Assembly (NCBI GenBank): GCA_051313645.2
Contig: JBNRSN020000024.1
Span: forward strand, 48,918,001-48,982,000
From: Centroscyllium fabricii
Lineage: Eukaryota
Length of the DNA: 64,000 nt
Direction: 5' to 3'
The position numbers and the translations under genes are program-made. Below, piece by piece: positions 37,001 through 46,111 of this stretch. How positions within the stretch are numbered: the first letter of the stretch is position 1; every line of letters starts with the position of its first letter. The notes beneath the pieces are model-generated. The model searched no databases and was not told the origin of the DNA. It saw nothing but the letters and a program-made list of their open reading frames with translations.

Positions 37001-40000
37001 TAGGATGCTCAGCTCACGATTGCAAGAGTCCATCAGTGAATATTTTGAAGTAGTGCAATTGGGATAAAAATGTGGGGAAAAATAGAAGTGTAGAGTTGAC
37101 AGAATTATCACCGAGACAGAAAGTGACAAAACAGAATACTGGAAATCAGAACGCAGGCCCGCAAAGTGCAATCGTGAGCAGGATTTTGGAATAAGAACAG
37201 CACCAGCCCCCATGGGGCAGAAAATACAGACCGCCTCCTGCCTGTGACCAGAATTAGACACCCCTCCTCCAACTGAGCAGAAATTCTGGCCCCCTTTCCA
37301 CTGTGCAGACAGCATGGCACTGAGCAAGTAAGAAACATGTGAAGCATCTCAAGTAGAAGATTGTAAGCGAGCAAAGCACAATAGTGACTCAGCAATGATG
37401 TTAGTAAGCCAGGATAAGAAACAGCATGAATAGATCCTCATTGAGCAAGATGGCACTTGAAATTGTGACACCCCACCTTGCTCAGAGGAGAAATCTGGGC
37501 GTCTACCTTCCACCAAGCAGAAATCAGTTCACCTCAAGCCCAGTACTGGGGGAGTGCTGCACTATCGGAGGTGCTATCTTTCAGATGAGACATTAAACAG
37601 AGTCTCAGGTGGACATAAAAGATCCCATAGCAATATTCAAAGCAGAGCAGGGGAGTTCTCCCTGTGTCCAGTCCAAAATTTATCCCTCAACCAACATCAC
37701 TAAAATAGATTACCTGATCATTACCTCATTGCTGGTTAGGGGGCCTTGCCGTGTGCGAATTGGCTGGTGTGTTTCCCTAGGTAACAACAGTAACTAGACA
37801 TTAAAGGTACTTCATTCGCTGTAAAGCGCTTTGGGATGGCCTGAGGTCGTGAAAGGTGCTATACAAATGCAAGTTGTTTCTTCTTTCCCGACTCTGATGG
37901 AGGGCAAAGGAGGGCCGTCACACTCTGAGGACAATCCTACCATACAACACATACTTGCCGAGGGCAAAAATAACTTTGCCTTTCCTCCAACTCAGAGGAC
38001 GAATTAAGCCGCTGCCAGCCCCATCCATGAGTGCAAACTCATCCTTCCCATTTTCCCCCTCAAAGAACAAATCCATGTTCCCAGATGAGCTGAAGTTTGT
38101 CTGACTCTTGTATGCCCACTTGGAATTCAGCACCGCCGCCCTCCCCCCACTCCGTGAAGAGTCACTCAAACCCCTCCCAATGAGGAGCAAATTACCTCTC
38201 CCATCCAGAAAAATAACTCATGCCGCTCTAATCCCTCACCCTGAATCAGCTCAGCACCATTCCACACCCTTAATAGAAAACGTACCCGCTGAATGGTCTC
38301 TTCCACCCTCCTTCACACCCCCTGCTCTTTCCTCCACACTGAAGAAATGGACACACGCCCAGTGTCATGGACCCAACCATTGTCCTCTGCTGCTCCCTCT
38401 CCTCCAGCACATGTTCAGCCCTGTCCTTTTCCTCCTCTTCCCCCTGCCCCGCTCCATCTCTCCCACTGATCGTCCTCCCCCAGGTCAAGTGCCTGAATTG
38501 TGTTAGTGTTTCGACATAATGAACAAATAATCCATTACAATTGTAAGCTCATGCACATTTGTCTAGGCTATGTACATCCCAGCAAGAGGGAAAGGTAGGG
38601 GAACCGAAGTCAGGGTTCCTAGGATGACGAGGGAGATAGAGAATATGATGAAACAAATAAAAAAAGGGTGTATGATGCATGTCAGGTGAATTCTTCAAGT
38701 GAGAACCAGGCCAAATACAATACGTTGAGAGGTAAAGTGAAGAGGAAAATAATACTGGCAAAGAGAGAATGAGAATAGAATAGAATGGCAGTTAATATAA
38801 AAGGGAATCCAAAAATCTTCTACCAGCATGTAAATAGTAAGTGGGTAGTAAGAGGCAGGGTCTATTAGGGACAAAGGTGGTGATATATGCTTAGAGGCGC
38901 AGGGCAAGGCTAGAAGTACTTTGCATCGGTGTTTACCAAGGAAGAGGATGCTGACAAAATATCAGTAGAAGCGGCGATGGTAAGAGGTAACTGATGGGAG
39001 AAAATTTGGAAAGGCAGTATGTACTGGAAAGGCAGGATATGCTTAGAGTGGATAAGTCGCCTGGTCCGGATGGCTTGCATCCCAGGTTGCTAAGGGGAGT
39101 GGGGGTGGAGACAGCAGGAGGGCTTGCCCTAATTTTCCAATCTTCCCTAGATGTGGGGAAGGTGCCAGAGGGTTGGAAAGTGGCAAATGTAACACCCTTG
39201 TTCAAGAAAGGGTCCTGGTAACTACAGCCCGGTCAGTTTAACATCAGTGGTGGGTCAAGTTTTAGAAACAATAATCAGGGAAAAAATTAACAGGCACTTG
39301 GAGAGGTTTAAGTTAATTAAGATGAGCCAGCACGGATTTGTAAAAGGCAGATCGTGTTTGACTAATCTAATTGAATTTTTTGATGAAGTAACAGAGAAGG
39401 TTGATGAAGGGACTGCAGCGATGTTGTCTACAAGGATTTTTGGACGGCGTTTGACAATGTACCACATAAAAGGCTGGTTAACAACATTGAAGTTCATGGA
39501 ATAGGAGGGTCAGTGTCAGCTTGGATAAGAAATTGGCTTAAGAGCAGAAAACAGTGAGTTGTGGTAAATGGTTGTTTTTCCAAACAGGAGGATGGTAGAC
39601 AGTGGTGTTCCCCAAGGGTCAGTGCTAGGACCACTGATTTTAGTGATATATAAAATGACTTGGATATTTGAATACAGAGTAAAATTTCAAAACTTGCCAA
39701 TGATACCAAACTTGGAGCTGTGGCAAACAATGAGGATGATACCAATCAACTGCAACAGGATATAGAAAGGCTAGCAGAATGGGCAGACAAGTTGCAGATG
39801 GAATTTAATACAGAGAAGTGTGAGGTGATGCGTTTTGGCAGAAGGGATAGGGAGAGACAGTATAGACTTAATGGCACAGTTCCAAAGAGTGTGCAGGGAC
39901 AGAGGGACCTGGGGGTTCATGTGCATAGCTCTTTGAAGGTGGCAGGATATATTGAGAGTGTGGTTTGCAAAGCATATGGGATCTTGGGCTTCATAAATAG

Positions 40001-40823
40001 AGGTATTGAGTACAACAGCAGGGAAGTTAAGCTGAACCTTTATAAAGCGCTGGTTAGGCCACAACTGGAGTATTACACTTTAGGAAGGATGTGAAGGTCC
40101 TTGAGAGGGTGCAGAGGAGATTTACCAGAATGGTTCCAGGGATGAGGGATTTTAGCTACAAGCTGGGCTTGTTCTCCTTGGAGCAAAGGAGGTTGAGGTG
40201 TACAAGATTATGACGGGTTTGGATAAGGTAGACAAGAAAGGCTGTTCCCATTAGATAATGGTACAAGGTCTCGGGGGGGACAGACTTAAGGTTTTCGGCA
40301 AGAGATACAGGGGAGGATGTGAGAAAGAACTTTTTTACGCAGTGAGTAGTAATGACCTGGAACTCGCTGCCGACGAGGGTGGTGGAAGCGGAGAAGATCA
40401 ATGATTTCAAGGGGAAATTGGATAGGCACTTGAGGGAAATAATAGGCTACGGGGATAGAGCAGGGGAATGAAACTGACTGGATTGATCTACAGAGAGCCG
40501 GCATGGACTTGATGGGCTGAATGACTGTGACTCCAAAGTATCTGAATTCACAATAAAACTAAATGAACCAATTTCGGTCGGAGACCCATATTTTTGAAAG
40601 CATTTGCTGCCACAGTTTGACCTTAATTGGGTTCCAGTCATGTAGTTAACTCCCAGTATATATTATTCTCTCAGTAAACTGCCTCCATTACCTTCACTTA
40701 AAGATGGATGAATGGGTGGAGAAACTAAAGGAACAAATGTTTCCAAATCAAACCGTCCAGTCCTTGACTGAGCCTTAAGCAGCCAGTAGCGTTTCTCAAG
40801 ATCAATTATATCAGATTCTTCCA
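893..40823 (-). CDS. USP32: USP32 (ubiquitin carboxyl-terminal hydrolase 32), partial gene: 11 coding exons (about exons 6-16), EF-hand region and DUSP domain
   Basis: Exons of 132+108+116+63+84+62+103+184+176+141+118 = 1287 nt have canonical AG/GT boundaries and compatible phases. The peptides match USP32 as I recall it (EESDIIDLEKRYWLLKAQSRTGRFDLETF; FDENRDNHIDFKEISCGLSACCRGPLAERQK; WWQQWKEYVKY; VPEPVWRALYHWYG; ELFPRYLLFLRQQPATRTQQSNIWVNMG). Confidence 0.97.
1785..2065 (+). mobile_element. Degenerate tRNA-derived SINE
   Basis: tRNA-like head (GTAGCCTGGTGGTTA...GTGAGTTTATATCCC). The body (ACTGGTTTGCTAATATCCTTCAGGGAAGG...GGTTGACTCTCAATGC) resembles the reverse complement of the 55060-55340 copy. 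Confidence 0.6.
2411..2551 (-). CDS. USP32: USP32 exon ~15 (APTLTLEGGRLKRNPALVRGKDYEIVPEPVWRALYHWYGANLSLPRP)
   Basis: Acceptor ttgtaaag|GCTCCT, donor AGGCCT|gtaagt; 141 nt. Confidence 0.95.
2995..3535 (-). mobile_element. L2-clade LINE fragment (RT region)
   Basis: ORF 3269-3559 has SAAFDTVD...WFLSYLSSRSQ...PEGSILGPLLFLIYMLPL, typical L2/CR1 RT motifs. Confidence 0.8.
3905..4150 (+). mobile_element. HE1/V-SINE, 3' part
   Basis: CAGTCCAAAGATGTACGGGTTAGGTTGATTGG...AAATTGACCCTTAGTG matches the fuller copies at 35843 and 53474; CR1-type tail GGGCCGAATGGCCTACTCCTGCTCC. Confidence 0.8.
4949..5124 (-). CDS. USP32: USP32 exon ~14 (GLYQSSPPGTDACFPRQHNNSDNNGQCFLGANGNILAQLGPQKPGAIDNQLLVMQGSVK)
   Basis: Acceptor atttcag|GTTTAT, donor GTGAAG|gtatgg; 176 nt. 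Confidence 0.95.
5361..7435. mobile_element. Non-autonomous Tc1/mariner-type element, copy 1, carrying a minisatellite
   Basis: TA|CAGGTTGAGCACCGGTAATCCGGCACCC ... GGGTGCCGGATTAACGATGCTCAACCTG|TA; ~28-bp TIR and TA target-site duplication. Confidence 0.88.
5570..7350. repeat. 31-bp GC-rich minisatellite (GGGGAGTGTTCTACCGCGCGCTCCGGGCCCC)n, roughly 57 units
   Basis: Direct inspection; near-perfect core with variant units at both ends. Confidence 0.97.
8160..8343 (-). CDS. USP32: USP32 exon ~13 (EAKPVILEPSSIMNLVK...CFDNISIASEASESTGT)
   Basis: Acceptor ttacag|GAAGCA, donor GCACTG|gtaacg; 184 nt, phase 0-1. Confidence 0.93.
9837..10338. mobile_element. Tc1/mariner-type MITE, copy 2
   Basis: TA|CAGGTTGAGCACCGGTAATTCGGCACC ... 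GGTGCCGTATTAACGGTGCTCAACCTG|TA; internal ~30-bp duplication GTCCCAGGACCGCGAATCTACGTACCTCCC. Confidence 0.88.
11625..12372 (-). mobile_element. CR1 (HER1-like) LINE, 5'-truncated
   Basis: ORF 11894-12316 ([40 protein letters not shown]) followed by a CR1 3' UTR. Confidence 0.9.
13146..15914. mobile_element. Internally deleted PIF/Harbinger-like DNA transposon with a Myb/SANT-like ORF remnant
   Basis: Imperfect TIRs (GGTCGCGCTTTTGCCGGC / GCCGGCAAAATCCAGCCC) and a 3-bp CAT TSD. Frameshifted QRQRAAPRF..EGFRARREGLFP..RPPQETKAAWLQIAEE at ~13427-13630 is Myb/SANT-like. Confidence 0.7.
13990..15055 (-). mobile_element. CR1 LINE nested in the Harbinger-like element
   Basis: ORFs 14072-15024 contain SGVTQGSVLG, FVVYINDLD, ISKFADDTKIGG and RPQLEYCV. 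Confidence 0.9.
16243..16592 (-). mobile_element. CR1 LINE 3' end
   Basis: TAGAAACATAGAAAAATAGGAGCAGGAGTCGGCCATTCAGCCC tail, similar to the 11625 copy. Confidence 0.8.
16628..17340 (+). mobile_element. Rex1/Babar LINE, 5'-truncated, with an uninterrupted C-terminal ORF
   Basis: ORF 16634-17203 (VERVSSFKSLGVHISEDLSW..KKAQQRLYFLRKLK..FYRCTIESILSSCITVWYGNC..LPSGRRYR..FFPRAV); tail GCAATGACAATAAAAC(TTGAA)n. Confidence 0.9.
17467..17569 (-). CDS. USP32: USP32 exon ~12 (GWLERESRHGLQPGHNWFLISVQWWQQWKEYVKY), DUSP domain start
   Basis: Acceptor atctag|TGGATG, donor AAATAT|gtgagt; 103 nt. Confidence 0.95.
17790..18830 (+). mobile_element. Older CR1 LINE fragment
   Basis: IRPHLEYCIQFWSP..LEKVQRRA..RLRGDVIEVYKII with frameshifts. 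Confidence 0.8.
19050..19111 (-). CDS. USP32: USP32 exon ~11 (ICHIVLGLRPATPEEEGQII)
   Basis: Acceptor tctgcag|ATATGC, donor TATCAG|gtgcac; 62 nt, phase 0-2. Confidence 0.94.
19900..20390 (+). mobile_element. CR1-group LINE 3' fragment (second family)
   Basis: MEYSPLAWISAAPTTHKKFDTIQ..AAVYTIYKMH..AGSKSWNSLPNSTVG; homologous to 49070-49560. Confidence 0.8.
20753..20894. mobile_element. Small hAT-type MITE
   Basis: TIR CAAAGTTCCCTGTAA / TTAAAGGGAACATTG; degenerate 8-bp TSD GTGCTTGC/GCGCGTGC; same type as 32194-32355. Confidence 0.55.
21400..21760 (-). mobile_element. Old tRNA-derived SINE
   Basis: Minus-strand B-box-like CTCCCAGGTTTGATCCCTGG near 21715-21735, followed by a degenerate body. 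Confidence 0.45.
21796..22042. mobile_element. Tc1/mariner-type MITE, copy 3 (minimal; inverted relative to copies 1 and 2)
   Basis: TA|CAGGTCGAGCACCGTTAATCTGGCACC ... GTCCGGATTAACGATGCCGGACCTG|TA. Confidence 0.85.
22251..22334 (-). CDS. USP32: USP32 exon ~10 (MGHLTLEDYQIWSVKSALASEFLNLLFQ)
   Basis: Acceptor gacag|ATGGGA, donor TTTCAG|gttagt; 84 nt. Confidence 0.95.
24769..25542. mobile_element. Harbinger-like MITE, family A, copy 1
   Basis: Ends GGTGGGGATTTT / AAAATTCCCCCC, 3-bp ATA TSD; colinear with 28744-29533. Confidence 0.7.
26973..27955. mobile_element. Harbinger-like MITE, family B
   Basis: Perfect 17-bp TIR GGCCCAAAAATTAGGGT / ACCCTAATTTTTGGGCC; 3-bp ATT TSD. Confidence 0.85.
28744..29533. 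mobile_element. Harbinger-like MITE, family A, copy 2
   Basis: GGGGGGATTTTTCCTGGAGGTGCGGGAACCTGGCGGG...; aligns along its length with 24769-25542. Confidence 0.7.
30603..30665 (-). CDS. USP32: USP32 exon ~9 (ELHMGTADIVNHILKKHDTTK)
   Basis: Acceptor tttcctcag|GAATTG, donor ACTAAG|gtgaat; 63 nt, phase 0-0. Confidence 0.93.
31676..31893. repeat. ~215-bp interspersed repeat, copy 1 (direct repeat of 32957-33175)
   Basis: GAATTCAGAGGGTCGAATAGGGATGATTATTTTGCCTGC...GGACTATCTGATGAATGTAAC is closely similar to the second copy. Confidence 0.8.
32194..32355. mobile_element. Small hAT-type MITE
   Basis: TIR CAACGTTCCC / GGGAACACTG; 8-bp TSD CCCACCAC/CCCACCGC. Confidence 0.65.
32640..32755 (-). CDS. 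USP32: USP32 exon ~8 (FCFKVFDTDRDGALSRTELEEMVIALLEVWKDNRTDSIP), EF-hand
   Basis: Acceptor cactag|TTTGTT, donor ATTCCT|gtaagt; 116 nt; EF-hand loop DTDRDGALSRTE. Confidence 0.95.
32957..33175. repeat. ~215-bp interspersed repeat, copy 2, inside a degenerate palindromic element (~32860-33280)
   Basis: Similar to 31676-31893; the flanks GAGAAAAGACAG and CTGTCTTTTCTC are inverted. Confidence 0.75.
33320..33613. repeat. Long inverted repeat (~95-bp arms, ~97-bp spacer), MITE-like
   Basis: TGTTAAAACAGTTCAAGCTGCAGTCGTTAGAGTGTTGCTCTGGAACGGGAATAATAGATCTAAATGATATA versus TATATCATTTAGATCTATTATTCCTGTTCCAGAGTAACACTCTTAACGACTGTAGCTTGAACTGTTTTAACA. Confidence 0.9.
33630..33830 (+). mobile_element. LF-SINE-like ancient SINE, 5' part
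   Basis: GAGGACTGGAT..CTTTCCACCACTGG..CTGGTTCAAATCCAACCCAG..CTCAGTCCAGTTTCTA..GCACTAATTGGCAC resembles the LF-SINE consensus as recalled; a more decayed copy lies near 31075-31240. Confidence 0.55.
34081..34188 (-). CDS. USP32: USP32 exon ~7 (GLFSAFDENRDNHIDFKEISCGLSACCRGPLAERQK), EF-hand
   Basis: Acceptor ctttacag|GTTTAT, donor AGAAAT|gtaagt; 108 nt; EF-hand loop DENRDNHIDFKE. Confidence 0.96.
34381..35280. mobile_element. Harbinger-like MITE with an internal 109-bp perfect inverted repeat
   Basis: TIR GGGCCCTGACTTCCTGTG / CACAGGAAGACATGGCCC; flanks AAT/ATT; inner arms 34679-34787 and 34811-34919. Confidence 0.8.
35365..35727 (-). mobile_element. CR1 LINE 3' end
   Basis: ORF 35451-35723 (TRGHRFKIRGGRFRGEVRRNFFTQRVVEVWNSLP) and an (ATCATAGA)n tail. 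Confidence 0.88.
35843..36147 (-). mobile_element. HE1/V-SINE, full length
   Basis: Minus strand reads GGGCGGCACGGCATAGTGGTTAGCACTG..GGGTTCAAATCCGG (tRNA A/B boxes), then V-domain TGTGTGGAGTTTGCACATTCTCCCCGTGTCTGCGTGGGTTTCCTCCGGGTGCTCCGG and a CR1 tail. Confidence 0.92.
36375..37010 (-). mobile_element. L2 LINE 3' fragment
   Basis: Tail TTGCATTTATATAGTGCCTTT and decayed ORF pieces (FKILILVFKS). Confidence 0.7.
37540..37890 (+). mobile_element. DeuSINE (SacSINE1/AmnSINE1-like)
   Basis: CTTTCAGATGAGACATTAAAC..CAGGTGGACATAAAAGATCCCATAGCA..GAGCAGGGGAGTTCTCCC Deu-domain-like body, then L2 tail GTAAAGCGCTTTGGGATG..GTGAAAGGTGCTATACAAATGCAAG. Confidence 0.8.
38575..40530 (+). mobile_element. CR1 LINE (~2 kb, frameshifted RT)
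   Basis: DKSPGPDGLHPR, WKVANVTPLFKKG, QHGFVKGRSCLTNLIEFF, SGVPQGSVLGP, RPQLEY. Confidence 0.93.
40692..40823 (-). CDS. USP32: USP32 exon ~6 (EESDIIDLEKRYWLLKAQSRTGRFDLETFVPLVSPPIHPSLSE)
   Basis: Acceptor ttcgcag|TGGAAG, donor GTGAAG|gtaatg; 132 nt, phase 1-1. Confidence 0.96.
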
Positions 40824-41364
40824 CTGCGAATAGAAATAAATACATTATCAGATCATATGCACAAGAAGCCTGGGGTTCAGCACAGGAAATTTTAAATAGA
40901 TTGATACAAAACTGCTGATTATAAAACTGACATCAAACGCATCTTTAAAATGTCAGCAACAGTTTTTGTTTTGTTAAATACATGGGACTGCACCATAGCT
41001 TACTCAACTTTATTTACTGAATTCAAACAATAGTTCCTAAATTAAGAATCACAAATACTTACCAAAATGGCTGAAAAAAAGCCTACTTTGGTAAAAATGT
41101 TCTTGTACTTTTTTTTTTGAAACCGAGAACTCATTTGTGACAAACTGCATTTTTATAGTGCCTTTAATGCAAAAGAAATGTCCCAAGACACTTGACAAGC
41201 ATTTTAAAAAATGGACATGGAACCAAAGGAAATATTAGGAGGGCTAACCAAAATGGTTGGTTTTAAGCAAAGTTTTAAAAGTTGGAGAGGTTTAAAGAGG
41301 GAAATCGAGAGTGTGTGGCTGAGGTGCTGTAACAGCAGTAAAAACCTCATTGGAGAGATTTATA

Positions 41365-42056
41365 CAGGTTGAGCACCGTTAATCAGGCAACCGAAAAGCC
41401 GGCAACTTCAGTCATCCGGCACAAATCGCCCCGACTGCCCTGCGCATGCGCAAAATGGCCGCCACGATCGAGGCTTCGGCGAATGATCCGCACATGCGCC
41501 GCCGAATGGTGCGTGCATGCGCAGATCATTTGCCGAAGCCGCAATCACGGCGGCCATTTTGCGCATGCGCAGGGCAGTCGGGGCGAGCAGACAGGAGAGG
41601 ACAGGCGAGAGAGAGCAGCAGAGCCCACTCCAGCCTTTGATCTCGGCACACTCACACTCACCGTCCTGATGGCTTCAGGAGACGCCGACCCCATGGAAGG
41701 CAGCAGCAGCTTCAATAGCGACTCGCCCTCGGGAGGCCGAGAGCTCCGGCGCCTCGGAGTCGCTGGGAGACGAGGAGGACGAGGCCTTCTCCGACCTGTC
41801 GGATGAGGAGCAGATGTCCGACGTCGAGGGTACAACTGCGGGGCGGCCATTTCGCATGATCTGCGCATGCGTCGCCATTCGGGGGCGCATGCACAGATCA
41901 TTCAAAACTTCGCGGCGGCCATTTGCAATGTTCTGCACATGCGCGCTGCCATTTTGAATGGTGCGCGGTGCACTGGCCGGCTTCATTCTCCCGGTTTTTT
42001 CGGTATACCGGCGCAGGTCTAGTCCCGCCCGTGCCAAATTAACGGTGCACAACCTG
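41365..42056. mobile_element. Tc1/mariner-type MITE, copy 4, with exon-like cargo
   Basis: TA|CAGGTTGAGCACCGTTAATCAGGCA ... TGCCAAATTAACGGTGCACAACCTG|TA. Confidence 0.88.
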
Positions 42057-43207
42057 TACAATGATTTGAGGGAATGATGTCACTTCCTAAATCCCTGCCC
42101 ATGTTCAAATTTTACTTTCAGTTCCCAGCCACAGAAGGATGAGAGAATTTACATACAGCATTTATAGAGCTAACGGCAGCAGCTTTTCAATCCCTGCCAA
42201 GCAGTGTAATGATGACTTAATGGCAAGGAAAATTGATCATTACAAATAAAAAAAATTACTGTACAAATATCCCATTTTAGCATTTAAAATTAAAATAGTG
42301 TCACAATTTCTTTTGGAACCATGTTATTTAGTGAGGACGGTGGATTTCAACAAAAAAAGAGGTATTGCAGACTTCAATTGTATAACACAAACATTGCGTA
42401 AACACACAAGTATGAATTAGAAACAAATATGAATGCATTTGCCAAATAATTAGTTTTTAAGCTTTAAATATAGCCTTGAAGACGTTATACTTTACACACT
42501 TATATTTCCTTCAAACATCTGAATAAGAGTTCCAAAGTTAGAAAAAGATTGTACAACTAAATCTTTATAAATAACATAACAGTAAAAATGGCTTATTAAA
42601 AAGTGGCAATCCATGTTGAATCAAATAGCTTTCTCTTGTAGATATGCAACACATTTTGATTCGTTTCTATGTTTTTATATGATTAAATCAGTTTGATTTT
42701 TTCATTTCCACCATAAAATGGTGATTAAAAATGTATTACATGTGTAACACACAAAAGTAATTTGCATTTCTCTAGGGACAATATGCAATTCCAAAAGTGA
42801 CTTAAGAGTTAATAAACTGGTTTCTATTAAGAGGAGAACGTCAGGATGCTTCAATGCAATTTGGAGACAAGCACGGTCTCTTCCACTCCTGTGCAATGAT
42901 GCTGAATTGACTGCAACATCACTAATCTACAGCAGGATCCATCAACTTCAGTATAATAACGTAACATACACCAATATAGTTATGCTCAAGTGAAAGATGT
43001 GTACAGTGGGGGGGGGGGGGGGGGGGAGAAACAAACTTGACACAGGTTGAAAAATAATAATGACATTTCAATTCAATTTGTTCTTTGGTAGTTTTTAAAA
43101 ATCACAAAAATTACAGCATAAAGAACAGAATTAGTGAGTTTTCAAGGCAAGTTTTATAGCAATAGGTTGATACAGGTACTGCATAACGTTATGTAGTCAT
43201 AATTAGT

Positions 43208-43350
43208 CATAGAGCCAGAGTTATACAGCACAGAGAGAGGCCCTTCAGCCCATCGTGTCCGCGACAGCCATCAAACCCTTTCTATTCGAATCCCATTTTC
43301 TAGCACTTGGTCCGTAGCCTTTTATGCTATGGCATCTCAAGTGCTCAATT
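43208..43350 (-). mobile_element. CR1 3' UTR fragment
   Basis: Closely similar to the start of the 13990 copy (ACAGCACAGA.AGAGGCCCTTC.GCCCATCG). Confidence 0.75.
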
Positions 43351-44506
43351 TAATCCTTTAAATAAGTGTTAACAGAGTACTTGAAACCAACGTAAATGGA
43401 GAAAGAAGTGTGAATAATATAATAAAATGACCTTCACCACACAGGGAAACATTGCATAAACAGAGATCAGATTTATGCCAAGTTAACACTAGTAGAGGAA
43501 TGAATTTAGAGTTAAAATCCCAGATTACAGCAATCGAATCCACTCTGATTTGGCAACGCCGCCTCATAGCGATCACCTAAAGTGCGTGGCTTGAGACTGG
43601 AATAACTGTGCATTACCTCTAGTCTAACAACTTCAGTCAGCACTGCACCTCAGTAACCAATACGTGCAGTGGCACACATTGTGAACTTGCCATACTTGAT
43701 GACTATCCGGGCTGGTATTTTCATGACAACAAAAAACAGATCCAAATACGTGAGGCTGGTTAAAGCAGGTGACACACAATGTGCAGCTCGGTTTATCAAG
43801 CTTTGAGCCTCAGAGTCCACTTCGGGTTTAGAGAGCTGATTTACACTGGTTTTGCCGAACCATGGTGTTCAAATTACTCTGAAGCCCATTGGTGTTATTG
43901 TGCCATTATGTATGCATGATGAGGTCACCATACATAGTACACGGGCACATAACAATTTGTAAAATTTGCAAATGAAAAACATTTTATTCATTATCTTGGA
44001 ATGAGATTGCAAGTTAGTGCCAACTTGTGAGTGTGTCCATATACAAGTTGATATTAACAAAGGACTGGTTTGAAACTGCCCAAATTCATTTCATAAGACT
44101 GTTATGGTTAGTAGACAGAAGAAATTGCAAGGTTTGAACCTAGGTACCAGAGATGTAAATACAATACAATTATTCGCCGTGTCATCCAGCTCCTTTTATG
44201 AAGAATTTGCTTACATGTTCAAATTATGTCATGTGTTGTTTTCCAAAGTATGGCATATGGGAACTAATGATATCCTAGCTTCCAAGGTTTAAGATTATAC
44301 ATGTTTTTATTCATTATTCAAATAATGGATAATAGGTAACTTATACTCAAAGATTTAGGCATGACCGAACTCAAGATACTTTTCCACAAGACACTGTCCA
44401 AGCCTTTAAAAACACAACCCATATAAACTTTTCCACTAAAAACCACAAATTTGCAACAGCTATGAAGGGCATCAGAAATTCATTAATTTCATGAGAGTTT
44501 CAAATA

Positions 44507-44827
44507 CAGGTACACAATCCCTTATCCGCGACTCCGAAAACCGAAAGTTGTTTCGGAGCGTCACATGACCAGTTTTGAAAGCTAATTCATTATAATCCAG
44601 TGATAAAAGTAAAATTAAGATAGTAGCGCATAACAATTTTTTTTTTTTTTTTAATGGACCCGCGGGTCCAATTCCTCCCCGAGCCCACAATCTCCTACCA
44701 TTTCAGCCTGCGCACTGGGCCGCCAACACGGCAATGCGCATGCGATCTGCCCATGCGCACAGGGCACCATTCCGAAAACCGAAGAAATCCGAAACCCAAG
44801 GGTTTCGGATAACGGATTGTGTACCTT
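44507..44827. mobile_element. Tigger/pogo-like MITE
   Basis: TA|CAGGTACACAATCCCTTATCCG ... CGGATAACGGATTGTGTACCTT|TA; a lone matching end also occurs at ~46441-46485. Confidence 0.8.
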
Positions 44828-46111
44828 TATTGCAAAGCATGCAATTTTCTTGTAATATGCCGTACTAACCCTACTTTAAACTGAGTGGGTATGAAAGCTT
44901 TGGTGCAAATGTGCTTACTAAATTATGGTACAGTACACAGGTAAAAAGAAAAGTAGAATGCTGGAGATCTGAAATAAAAACAGAAAATGCTAAAAGCTCC
45001 GATAAGAAGCCCTACCTGAATCTTCCCTACACTGACTAACCTGCTGTACATTTTCTGTATTTTCGATTAACAGTACAATACAAATTTAAGCCTCAGTGCA
45101 TTACCAACTCTATAGATAGATAAACTATTTTAGAAGTTGCATAATTTCTTTTATAATACTTCAGTGTAATTTATTGTATATTGGTAGATGCATTGAAGGA
45201 AATGTGGAAATAATTCATTAATTTTAAATACGACTACATCATAGCAGCAGTTCTTGTGGCTTCACTTAAGAAACACAAAATGTGTTTCTGAAAGATTTCT
45301 ATGGACTCAAGTGAAAATATGACAAGAGACTCAATTTTAACGAGTGGGCGCAAGGGGCTGGCAAACCATCCTGACACCAGCAGCTTGAGGCTCGGGCGAT
45401 GTGAACTCCTGGGGCTCATTTGCATGTCCCCCAGTCATTCACCCACCCAAAACCAGCATTAAGAAGTAGCTGTCCGAGAGCGTAATGCCGAGTCGCAGGA
45501 AGGTGCCGCAGGGGAGCGAAGGAACGGTCCCTGGCATTCAGGTTCATCGTACGGAGCAGGATTTGGGAGAACCTAGAGCAGGGATGGCTGAAACACTCCT
45601 GCTCCTCCACTGGCCCCACAAAAAAAAACCCGAAACAAAATTTAAAATCTAAGCTGTTCGGATATAAATCTTCTGACTCCGACTCTCTTTCCAGTTAGGT
45701 TAATCTGAAGGGAAAGCCATAACCCATTCCCCGCTCAGGCCACTGTTTAAAATAGCAGGCGGGCTTTATTGGAGCCCAATATGCATATTTCTGGCAAGCA
45801 TCCTTCCCCCTTCTCAAAAGGGCAGGTTAAAATAGACAACTGCGTGAAGAAAGCGGAATTTCGGTAGGTAAAATCCAATGGCAATTTTAATTGCCCGTCT
45901 GTCCAGGTTCAAGACTGATTATTGATAGATTTGTTAGGCGAATGCATCATAGGATATGAAGCAAAGGCAGGAAATGGAGTTGAATGGGCTGAATGGCCTA
46001 CTCCTGGTTCCTATGAAATAAACATAATATTTGCTACATTTCAGGTGGCACTACAGTATTAACATGCAATGAAATGTGGATGAAAGAGAAGTTGACGTAG
46101 GGGGAAACAAT

